DNA from: Candidatus Sericytochromatia bacterium
Lineage (GTDB): Bacteria > Cyanobacteriota > Sericytochromatia > S15B-MN24 > UBA4093
Assembly (NCBI GenBank): GCA_036676985.1
Contig: JAKFBU010000037.1
Location: 1-15,064, forward strand
Direction of reading: 5' to 3'
DNA: 15,064 bases
Numbering within the stretch: the first letter of the stretch is position 1; each line of letters begins with the position of its first letter. Below the pieces are notes generated by a model, which was not told the DNA's origin, did no database searches, and saw only the letters and a list, made by a program, of their open reading frames with translations. Below, piece by piece: positions 8,112 through 15,064 of this stretch. The translations under genes were made by a program, and so were the position numbers.

Positions 8112-8537
8112 CTAGTTGATGAGGGCGCCGGTGGCACGGATCCGGTAGATCGGGTGGGACGGATGCTCCTTGCGCTCGGCGGGCGACATGATCACTTCCT
8201 CGAACGTGCCCTCTGCCGAGGCCTTGTGTCCCTTGGCCGACATGGGGAAGACGATCTCACCGTCCTCGACCTTGAAGCGGATGGCCTTGCCCGACTTCTC
8301 GTCGCTGATCTCGAGCCAGCAGCCCGCTTTCGGGCAGACGTCAGTGACGATGCCGTCGATCCGAACGTCCTGGCCTACCCACTTTGCCGGATTGGCCAGC
8401 ACCTTCTCGATCGGAGTGGCCACAGGCCGCTTCACCCCATCACCGTAAGCCTTGCCTTTCGCCTCCGCAGCCAGCGGAGAGAGCACCGCGAGCACGATGC
8501 CCAGCAGGGCCGTGACCTTCATGAACGCACGAAACAA
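8112..8537 (-). CDS. Exported DUF4920-family protein
   Basis: Sec signal ending AAEA. Signature V.DVCPKAGCW, plus FKVEDGEIVFP and A.G at the C-terminus. TTG start 5 nt after AAGGAGG; ATG 8522 is an alternative start. Confidence 0.85.
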   Translation of the reverse strand: MFRAFMKVTALLGIVLAVLSPLAAEAKGKAYGDGVKRPVATPIEKVLANPAKWVGQDVRIDGIVTDVCPKAGCWLEISDEKSGKAIRFKVEDGEIVFPMSAKGHKASAEGTFEEVIMSPAERKEHPSHPIYRIRATGALIN

Positions 8538-8698
8538 GCCAACCTCCTTGATGCCATGGACGGGGGCTGCTATCCCCCGGATTACAGCCTAGATTAACGC
8601 GTGACCGGTGCCAATCGTGGTAACTACCGGTAGATTGCCGTCCCCAACGAGCACCCTGCGCAGGATGGCCGGATGGGGTCACGAGATGCCTTGCGCGA

Positions 8699-9562
8699 TT
8701 ATCGTGCGAGGGCCTGATAGGCCTGCAGCGTGTTCTTCAGCAGCAAGGCGATGGTCATGGGGCCCACGCCGCCCGGCACCGGGGTGATCCAGCCGGCCTT
8801 CTCGGCGACCTCGTCGAAGGCGACGTCGCCGGCGAGCTTGCCGGTCTCCAGGCGGTTGATGCCCACGTCGATGACCGTGGCGCCCGGCCGCACCATGTCC
8901 GCCGTGACGAACTTCGCCTTGCCCACGGCCGCCACCACGATGTCCGCGCGGCGGAGCACCTCGGGCAGGTTCTTCGTGCGGCTGTGGCACAGGGTCACGG
9001 TCGCGTCGGCGTTGGTCATGAGGGCTGCCAGCGGCCGGCCCACGATGGTCGAGCGCCCGACGATCGCGACCTCGGCCCCCTTCACCTCGATCCCCGAGCG
9101 CTTGAGCATCTCCATGACCCCGCTCGGCGTGGCCGGGACGAGGGTGGGGTTGCCCTGCATCAGACGACCCGCGTTGTAGGGGTGGAAGCCGTCCACGTCC
9201 TTGGCCGGGCTGATGGCCTCGATGACCTTGCGCTCGTCCATGCCCTTGGGCAGGGGGAGCTGGACCAGGATGCCGTGGACGTCGGGGTCGTTGTTCAGAC
9301 GGTCGACCTCGGCGAGGAGCTCGGACTCGGTCGTCTCGGCGGGCATGCGGATGGTCCGGGAGCCGAAGCCGACCCGTTCACAGGCCTTGCCCTTGTTGCG
9401 GACGTAGACCTCGGAAGCAGGGTCCTCGCCGACCAGCACCACGACCAGGCAAGGCGGCGTCTTGCCGACGGCCGCTAGGGCCTCGACCTCCTGGCGGACT
9501 TCGGCTTCGATCTCCGTGGCCATGTGCTTGCCGTCGATGATCCGGGCGCTGGTCTGGGGCAT
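8699..9562 (-). CDS. folD: Bifunctional methylenetetrahydrofolate dehydrogenase/cyclohydrolase
   Basis: IIDGK, YVRNK, GILVQLPLP, KDVDGFHP, GRSTIVGRP, DVGINR and TPVPGGVGPMT motifs. AAGGAGG RBS. Confidence 0.98.
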   Translation of the reverse strand: MPQTSARIIDGKHMATEIEAEVRQEVEALAAVGKTPPCLVVVLVGEDPASEVYVRNKGKACERVGFGSRTIRMPAETTESELLAEVDRLNNDPDVHGILVQLPLPKGMDERKVIEAISPAKDVDGFHPYNAGRLMQGNPTLVPATPSGVMEMLKRSGIEVKGAEVAIVGRSTIVGRPLAALMTNADATVTLCHSRTKNLPEVLRRADIVVAAVGKAKFVTADMVRPGATVIDVGINRLETGKLAGDVAFDEVAEKAGWITPVPGGVGPMTIALLLKNTLQAYQALAR

Positions 9563-9633
9563 GGGGTCCTCCTTCGTTAGGGGCGCAATACTGGCATGGT
9601 CAGGGAAACGAGGCAGGATGGCAAGGGTGGGGA

Positions 9634-10779
9634 TTAGCTGATGGCCTTCGAGTAGTTGGGGGCTTCCTTGGTGATCATGACGTCATGCGGGTGGTTCTCC
9701 CGGATCGACGCGTTCGACACCCGGATGAACTGGGCCTTGGTCTTCAACTCCTCGATGGTCTTGAGACCGCAGTAGCCCATGCCCTTTCGCAGGCCGCCGA
9801 TGAGCTGGTACAGCAGATCCGTCACCGAGCCCGCCAGGGGGACCATGCCCTCGATGCCCTCGGGCACGAGCGTCCCGCCGGCATGCTTGCCGTAGCGGTC
9901 GTTGGTCTCGTTCTGCAGGGCCCCGATGGAGCCCATGCCGCGGTAGACCTTGAACTGACGGCCCCCGAAGATGATCTCCTGACCCGGGCTCTCCTTGGTC
10001 CGGGCAAAGAGGCTGCCCAGCATCACCACGTCCGCACCCGCCGCGATCGCCTTGGTGATGTCCCCCGAGTACTGGATGCCGCCGTCCGCGATGACGGGGA
10101 CCTTGGCCGCATGGGCCACCGAGGCCACGGCCTTGATCGCCGAGATCTGCGGCACGCCCACGCCCGCCACCACGCGGGTGGTGCAGATGGAGCCCGGGCC
10201 GATGCCCACCTTGAGGGCGTCAGCGCCGGCCGCGATGAGGTCCCGTGCGGCCTCGGCCGTGGCGATGTTGCCCGCGATCACCTGGGCGCCGGGGAGGGCC
10301 TCCTTGATCGCCTTGAGGGCCTCGATGACGTTCTTCGTGTGGCCGTGGGCGGTGTCGATGGCGAGCACGTCCACGCCGGCCTCGAGCAGAGCTGCCGCCC
10401 GCTCCACCGCACCGCTCACGCCGACGGCGGCCCCCACCAGGAGGCGCCCCTTGGCGTCCAGGGCGGCGTTGGGATGGCTTTCGCGCGAGACCGTGGCCTC
10501 GAGCTTGACCTTGCTCACCTCGGCCGCCTGGGCCTCGATGGTCATGTTGCGGTGGATGATGCCGAGGCCGCCCTGCTCGGCGAGCGCGATCGCCATCCCC
10601 GCCTCGGTGACGGTGTCCATGGCCGCCGAGACGATGGGCGTGTTGAGCCACACCTCGCGGGTGATGCGGGTCGAGAGGTCGGCCTCCGCGGGCAGGAAGT
10701 CGGAGTAGCCGGGCAGCAGGAGGACGTCCTCGAAGGTCAGGCCCTCGGGCATCCGGTCGGACAGGTCGAACTGGTTCAT
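9634..10779 (-). CDS. guaB: IMP dehydrogenase lacking the CBS (Bateman) domain
   Basis: [26 protein letters not shown], catalytic [23 protein letters not shown] and VPEGIEG. 381 aa from ATG 10779 (AAGGA upstream). Confidence 0.96.
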   Translation of the reverse strand: MNQFDLSDRMPEGLTFEDVLLLPGYSDFLPAEADLSTRITREVWLNTPIVSAAMDTVTEAGMAIALAEQGGLGIIHRNMTIEAQAAEVSKVKLEATVSRESHPNAALDAKGRLLVGAAVGVSGAVERAAALLEAGVDVLAIDTAHGHTKNVIEALKAIKEALPGAQVIAGNIATAEAARDLIAAGADALKVGIGPGSICTTRVVAGVGVPQISAIKAVASVAHAAKVPVIADGGIQYSGDITKAIAAGADVVMLGSLFARTKESPGQEIIFGGRQFKVYRGMGSIGALQNETNDRYGKHAGGTLVPEGIEGMVPLAGSVTDLLYQLIGGLRKGMGYCGLKTIEELKTKAQFIRVSNASIRENHPHDVMITKEAPNYSKAIS

Positions 10780-10789
10780 GGCAGGTTCC

Positions 10790-12346
10790 TTACTCCCATT
10801 CAATCGTGGCGGGCGGCTTGGAGGTCACGTCGAAGACCACCCGGTTGATTCCCTTGACTTCGTTGGCGATGCGCGCGGCGGCCCGGCCCAGCACCTCGTA
10901 GGGCACCGGGTGGAAGTCCGCCGTCATCCCGTCGACCGAGTCGACGGCGCGCAGGGCGATGACCGACCCGTAGGTGCGGCCGTCCCCCTGGACGCCGACG
11001 GCGCTCACGGGCAACAGGACGGCGAAGGCCTGCCAGATCGCGTTGTAGAGATCGGCGGCATACAGCTCTTCGAGGTAGATGACGTCCGCCCGGCGCAGCA
11101 GGTCCAGGCGATCGCGCGTGATCTCGCCGAGGATGCGGATGGCGAGCCCCGGCCCCGGGAAGGGGTGCCGCATGACGAGCTCGGGCGAAAGTCCCAGGTG
11201 GATCCCCAGCTCGCGAACCTCGTCCTTGAAGATGCCCTTGCAGGGCTCGATGATCTTGCCCGCGGCCCGCTTGGCCTTGACCAAGGGCGTGCCCACGTTG
11301 TGGTGGGTCTTGATGGTGGCCGTCTGCGAGCCCGTGGCCCCCGACTCGATGAGGTCGGTGTAGAGCGTGCCCTGGGCAAGGAAGGCGTCCTCCTCGTCGA
11401 TGCCCAGGCGCGCGACCTCGCCCTGCTGGACCTCGATGAACGTGTCCCCGATGATCCGGCGCTTCTCCTCGGGGTCCGTCACGCCCGCGAGCCGCGACAG
11501 GAAGGTCTCCGAGGCATCCACGAAGCGCAGGTTCTCGAGGCCCATGCCCTTCAGGGACTCGACGACGGCACGGCTCTCGTTCATGCGCATGAGGCCCGAG
11601 TCGATGTGGATCGGGAAGACCTGCTCGGGGGGCAGGGCCCGGGCCAGGAGGGCGGCAGTCACCGTCGAGTCCACTCCGCCCGAGACGAGCACGATGACGG
11701 GCTTGTCGCCCACGGCCGCCTGCACCTCGCGCACGGCCTCCGCCAGGTAGTCGTCCACCGACCAGTCGCCCTTGCACCCGCAGATGTCGAAGACGAAGTT
11801 CCGGAGGATCTGCTTGCCGTTCGGCGTGTGCGTGACCTCGGGGTGGAACTGCACGCCGAAGCGCTTGGCGTCCGGGGCTTCGATGGCCGCGACCACGCCG
11901 TCCGCGGTGCGGGCGGTGACGGTGAAGCCCTTGGCGAGGACCTCGAGGCGATCGCCGTGGCTCATCCACACGGTCTCGGTGGCGCCGACGTTCTTGAGCA
12001 GGCGATCGCTTCCCGAGATGTCGAGCTGGGTGCGGCCGTACTCGCGGCGGGTGTGGGAGACGACCTGGCCGCCGCCCGCCTGGTTGAGCCACTGCATGCC
12101 GTAGCAGACGCCGAGCACGGGCACGGGCACGTCGAGCACGGACGGATGGGGCTCGGGAGATCCGGCCTCATGGACGCTCGCGGGACCGCCCGAGAGGATG
12201 ACCCCCTTGAGGTCGCTCCCCTGGAGCTTGTCGGCGGGGGTGTCGTGAGGCAGGATCTCGGCGTAGACGCCCATTTCGCGCAGGCGCCGGGCGATCAGAG
12301 GGGTGTACTGGCTTCCGAAGTCCAGGACGGCTACTCGTTCGTTCAT
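10790..12346 (-). CDS. guaA: Glutamine-hydrolysing GMP synthase
   Basis: LDFGSQY, GVCYGMQ (catalytic Cys), QFHPE, SGGVDS PP-loop, IKTHHNV, RHPFPGPGLAIR and C-terminal SKPPATIEWE. Confidence 0.98.
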   Translation of the reverse strand: MNERVAVLDFGSQYTPLIARRLREMGVYAEILPHDTPADKLQGSDLKGVILSGGPASVHEAGSPEPHPSVLDVPVPVLGVCYGMQWLNQAGGGQVVSHTRREYGRTQLDISGSDRLLKNVGATETVWMSHGDRLEVLAKGFTVTARTADGVVAAIEAPDAKRFGVQFHPEVTHTPNGKQILRNFVFDICGCKGDWSVDDYLAEAVREVQAAVGDKPVIVLVSGGVDSTVTAALLARALPPEQVFPIHIDSGLMRMNESRAVVESLKGMGLENLRFVDASETFLSRLAGVTDPEEKRRIIGDTFIEVQQGEVARLGIDEEDAFLAQGTLYTDLIESGATGSQTATIKTHHNVGTPLVKAKRAAGKIIEPCKGIFKDEVRELGIHLGLSPELVMRHPFPGPGLAIRILGEITRDRLDLLRRADVIYLEELYAADLYNAIWQAFAVLLPVSAVGVQGDGRTYGSVIALRAVDSVDGMTADFHPVPYEVLGRAAARIANEVKGINRVVFDVTSKPPATIEWE

Positions 12347-12486
12347 TCCGGGGGCTTTCTCTCCTGAGGGGGGCTGGGCGTGCGTATTCTGTCCAGCATA
12401 CTAGGTCAGACCCCCTGAGCGCCATCCCATGAGGCTTTCGGACGTTTGTTCCGCTCCGGGTCACGGCCGCTCGGCCTCGCGTCACA

Positions 12487-12515
12487 TTGACAAGGGCCTG
12501 AAAGCTTCGTAAAAT
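12487..12515 (+). promoter_or_regulatory. Sigma70-type promoter for speD-speE
   Basis: TTGACA (12487-12492), 17-bp spacer, TAAAAT (12510-12515). Predicted transcription start near 12521-12522. Confidence 0.85.
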
Positions 12516-12636
12516 CGGGGATTCAACTCGTTGAAAGAAACGTCCTTCCGGCAGCTCAGCCTGGCGATCGGGCGTTTTCGTGTACGTAGGGTCCTCGTGG
12601 CCCGCGGTTTCAGCCGCAATCTGTATAGGATGGAAC

Positions 12637-13065
12637 ATGTTGACTGAAAACGCCCCGACCATGCCTTCGACGCTGCCTCGTTTGGACGCGCCTCAATACC
12701 TGGGCAAGCACCTCATCGCCGAGTTCTACGGCTGTGACAGCGCCCTGCTCACCGACCACTCCTTCATCGAAGAGGCCATGAACGATGCGGCCCGCCACTG
12801 CGGCGCCACCATCGTGGACAGCGTCTTCCACCTCTTCAACCCGTACGGCGTCAGCGGCGCGGTCATCATCGCCGAGTCGCACCTGACGATCCACACCTGG
12901 CCCGAGTACCACTACGCGGCGGTGGACGTCTTCACGTGCGGCAACACGGTCGATCCCGCGGACGCGATCGCCTACCTGGCTCGCGCCCTCAAGGCCGAGC
13001 ACCACTCGAGCACCGAGATGAACCGCGGCAACGTGCGGCACCTGCTGGCGCAGCTGAAGGCGTAG
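12637..13065 (+). CDS. speD: S-adenosylmethionine decarboxylase proenzyme (short SpeH-type)
   Basis: [32 protein letters not shown] self-cleavage site giving the pyruvoyl group, DVFTCG. Start set at ATG 12637 after AGGA(TGGA); ATG 12661 is an alternative. Lies 4 nt upstream of speE. Confidence 0.95.
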   Translation: MLTENAPTMPSTLPRLDAPQYLGKHLIAEFYGCDSALLTDHSFIEEAMNDAARHCGATIVDSVFHLFNPYGVSGAVIIAESHLTIHTWPEYHYAAVDVFTCGNTVDPADAIAYLARALKAEHHSSTEMNRGNVRHLLAQLKA

Positions 13066-13069
13066 CCCG

Positions 13070-13930
13070 ATGGATCTCTGGTTCTCGGAAAACACCACGG
13101 ACGGCCACAAGATCTCCCTGCGCGTCAAGGAGAGCCTGTTCGTCGGCAAGTCCCCCTACCAGGACGTCGCCATCCTCGACACCGAGGACTTCGGCCGCAT
13201 CCTGGTGCTCGACGGTCTGTTCCAGACCACCGAGCGTGACGAGTTCATCTATCACGAGCTCATCGCCCACGTGCCCCTGATGGCGCATCCCGACCCCAAG
13301 CGGGTGCTGGTGGTCGGCGGCGGCGACGGCGGGACGGTGCGCGAGGTCCTGCGCCACCCCTCGGTCGAGCACGTCACGCTGTGCGAGATCGACGGCATGG
13401 TGGTGGAGCAGTCCAAGAAGTGGCTGCCGACCATCGCCTCCAAGCTGGACGATCCTCGCGTGACGGTGCGTATCGAGGATGCGATCGCCTACGTCGCGAC
13501 CCAGGAAGCGGCCTACGACGCCATCCTGATCGACTCGTCGGACCCGGTGGGTCCCGGCGAGGGCCTGTTCACGCGCGAGTTCTACGGCAACGCGCGCCGG
13601 GCGCTCAAGCCGGGCGGCGTGCTGTGCGTGCAGACCGAGTCGCCCATCGCGATGGTGGACAGCATGACGCGGGCCTACAAGGCCCTGTACGCGGTCTTCC
13701 CCCGCGTGGAGGCCTTCCTGGGCACGATCCCAACGTATCCCGGCCACCTGTGGAGCTGGGCGTTCTGCACCGAGGGCTTCGGTCCCGAGGATCGGGTGCG
13801 TGAGGGCGACTTCGCGGCTCTGGCGGCCGAGACGAAGTACTACAACCGGAGCGTCCACCGGGGTGCCTTCGCGGTGCCGAACTTCGTCCAGAAGATCCTG
13901 GATGCCAGCCGAGAGCTCGCTCGAGTTTAG
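13070..13930 (+). CDS. speE: Polyamine aminopropyltransferase (spermidine synthase)
   Basis: LVLDG..Q..ERDEFIYHE, VLVVGGGDGG, CEID, DSSDPVGP and IPTYPG..W motifs. Confidence 0.96.
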   Translation: MDLWFSENTTDGHKISLRVKESLFVGKSPYQDVAILDTEDFGRILVLDGLFQTTERDEFIYHELIAHVPLMAHPDPKRVLVVGGGDGGTVREVLRHPSVEHVTLCEIDGMVVEQSKKWLPTIASKLDDPRVTVRIEDAIAYVATQEAAYDAILIDSSDPVGPGEGLFTREFYGNARRALKPGGVLCVQTESPIAMVDSMTRAYKALYAVFPRVEAFLGTIPTYPGHLWSWAFCTEGFGPEDRVREGDFAALAAETKYYNRSVHRGAFAVPNFVQKILDASRELARV

Positions 13931-13945
13931 CTCGTTCATTTAGGC

Positions 13946-13980
13946 AAAAAGGGGGCCGCGGAGTCGATCCGCGGCCCTTT
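13946..13980. terminator. Bidirectional intrinsic terminator
   Basis: AAAAA, then stem GGGCCGCGGA / TCCGCGGCCC with a 5-nt loop, then TTT. Lies between convergent speE and the ureohydrolase-like gene. Confidence 0.85.
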
Positions 13981-14012
13981 GTGTCGGTTAGGTTTTGCCG
14001 GGGTTGGTTGTT

Positions 14013-14164
14013 ATAAGGAGGACCCCCCCAGCCCCCCCTCTAGAGGGGGGGAGGGATCATGGGAGGGTGGAAAGCCAGGTGGCTCCTTTAGATCAGGGCT
14101 GTGATTTCCCCTCCCAATAGCTTCCCCCCCTCTAGAGGGGGGGCTAGGGGGGGGTTCTCCTTAT
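14013..14164. repeat. REP-doublet/MITE-like inverted-repeat element (~150 bp)
   Basis: Imperfect terminal inverted repeats of ~41-43 bp (ATAAGGAGRACCCCCCC..AGCCCCCCCTCTAGAGGGGGGG). Each contains the perfect palindrome C7-TCTAGA-G7 (14032-14051 and 14124-14143). Confidence 0.85.
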
Positions 14165-14168
14165 TAAT

Positions 14169-15020
14169 CTATCGCGTAACCAGCGCGCGTTGCTTCAACC
14201 CGATCACGCGGTACATCAGCTTCGCCACCAGAAAGTCCGCACTGTGCAGCCCCTCGATCGGCGTGAGCCCCGTGATGTCCAGCCCGACGACCTCGTGCTC
14301 GGCGAACAGCTCCTCGAGCGCCCCGCAAAGCTGCTGCCAGCTCAGCCCGCCGGGCTCCGCCACGGGAGTGGCCGGCATCAGCGCGGGATCCAAGGCACTC
14401 ACGTCCACGCTCACGTAGACCTGGCGAGGCATCCGCGCCAGCACCCGCCGGAACTCCCCCGGCCAGTCCGCCGGGGTCCTAGTGCCGCCCCAGAGGGCCG
14501 ACAAGCGGGGATCGTCCTGCAACACCGTCCACTCGTCACGCGTGACCCGCCGGACGCCCACCGCTGCCACGTGCTCCAGGGGCATGCCTAGCCCCCTCAC
14601 GGCCACCTCCGCCCGCGCGTCGAACCGTACCAGGCCGAGCGACGGCGTGCGCTCCAGGTGATGCGACAGCGCCGAGCCCACCAGTGCCGGCGATCCGCCC
14701 ACCATGAGCGGGAACTTCCCGTCCGCGAGCAACGGGGGCAACAGCCGCCCCATCAGGGCCTCGGCCTCCGAAAGCGTGGCTAGCGGCTGCTCGAGCACCT
14801 CACGGCCGACCGTGGCGATGCCGGACTCGCCGATGAACCAGCGCAGGTCATCGTCGAAGCTCTCCACCTGGGGCGAGGCCTCGAAAATGGCAGCCGGCGC
14901 CGTGGCGCAGGCCTCGAAGCCGGGCTCACCGTAGGGGATGCCGAAGACGGCGCTCCGCGCGGTCGAATAGTCGCTCTGCTCGGGGCTGATGTCGAAGAAC
15001 CAGGGGCTCGGAGTGTGCAT
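14169..15020 (-). CDS. Agmatinase/arginase-fold (ureohydrolase) protein with a degenerate active site
   Basis: Scaffold motifs of the agmatinase family are present (GIPY, P.AI..AS.QVE.FD, GKFP...GG, VGVR, VYVSVD...LDP..MPAT...EPGGLSW, VVGLD, AKLMY). Metal ligands are altered (GGSP, DARAE, SVDVS). Confidence 0.88.
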   Translation of the reverse strand: MHTPSPWFFDISPEQSDYSTARSAVFGIPYGEPGFEACATAPAAIFEASPQVESFDDDLRWFIGESGIATVGREVLEQPLATLSEAEALMGRLLPPLLADGKFPLMVGGSPALVGSALSHHLERTPSLGLVRFDARAEVAVRGLGMPLEHVAAVGVRRVTRDEWTVLQDDPRLSALWGGTRTPADWPGEFRRVLARMPRQVYVSVDVSALDPALMPATPVAEPGGLSWQQLCGALEELFAEHEVVGLDITGLTPIEGLHSADFLVAKLMYRVIGLKQRALVTR

Positions 15021-15064
15021 GGGGCCTATGGAATCGTGGGAGTGCTGGGATCCGGGCTCGCGAG

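Noticed and set aside
8619-8639. Palindrome CTACCGGTAG upstream of the DUF4920 gene
   Set aside because: It is a single 10-bp palindrome with no match to an operator I recognise and could arise by chance.
2803-12367. Long alternative-frame ORFs (2803..4659, 3716..4681, 6263..7468, 9685..10848, 10778..12367, 10800..12092 and others)
   Set aside because: They overlap well-supported genes, have Arg/Gly/Pro-biased composition and show no recognisable motifs.
12347-12480. Purine or other riboswitch upstream of guaA
   Set aside because: No aptamer consensus or terminator is visible, only a weak TATGCT -10-like hexamer without a -35.
12522-12636. SAM-I, spermidine (SAM-I variant) or purine riboswitch in the speD leader
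   Set aside because: AGGGTCCTCGTGGCCC loosely recalls SAM-I GAGGGACUGGCCC, but the AUCAAGAG, GCAACC, GUGC and GAU core elements are absent. The purine aptamer loops are also absent. Kept only as an unclassified structured leader.
12637-13065. SpeD homologue neofunctionalised as an arginine or ornithine decarboxylase
   Set aside because: Such homologues exist, but tight coupling to speE favours AdoMetDC. It cannot be fully excluded without an assay.
14013-14164. CRISPR array or autonomous IS
   Set aside because: There are only two repeats, in inverted orientation, with no spacer series, cas gene or transposase ORF.
14101-14418. 105-aa plus-strand ORF beginning SFPPSRGGARGG
   Set aside because: It is a translation of the repeat element plus the antisense strand of the ureohydrolase-like gene.

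Overview
High-GC (roughly two-thirds G+C by eye) bacterial chromosomal window with mostly housekeeping and accessory genes. No rRNA, tRNA, CRISPR array, transposase or prophage was seen. Left to right: (1) a methyl-accepting chemotaxis protein on the minus strand, missing from the ORF track because its stop lies outside the window; (2) a DUF2249 protein; (3) a class I SAM methyltransferase preceded by a Fur-type box; (4) a sarcosine/dimethylglycine dehydrogenase-like FAD/GcvT protein; (5) a small Cys/Arg-rich lipoprotein; (6) an orphan helical protein; (7) a DUF4920 + PepSY-TM gene pair; (8) guaA-guaB(CBS-less)-folD; (9) a divergent speD-speE operon; (10) a ~150 bp palindromic REP/MITE-like element; (11) an agmatinase-fold gene. 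The most interesting part is the polyamine locus. The agmatinase homologue has lost most metal and catalytic ligands, so it looks like a pseudoenzyme. The speD leader can fold over its own RBS and start codon, and it carries an overlapping Arg-rich uORF. I counted 15 copies of the HIP1 octamer GCGATCGC, which hints at, but does not prove, a Cyanobacteriota-related host. All family calls come from motif recognition, not database searches.
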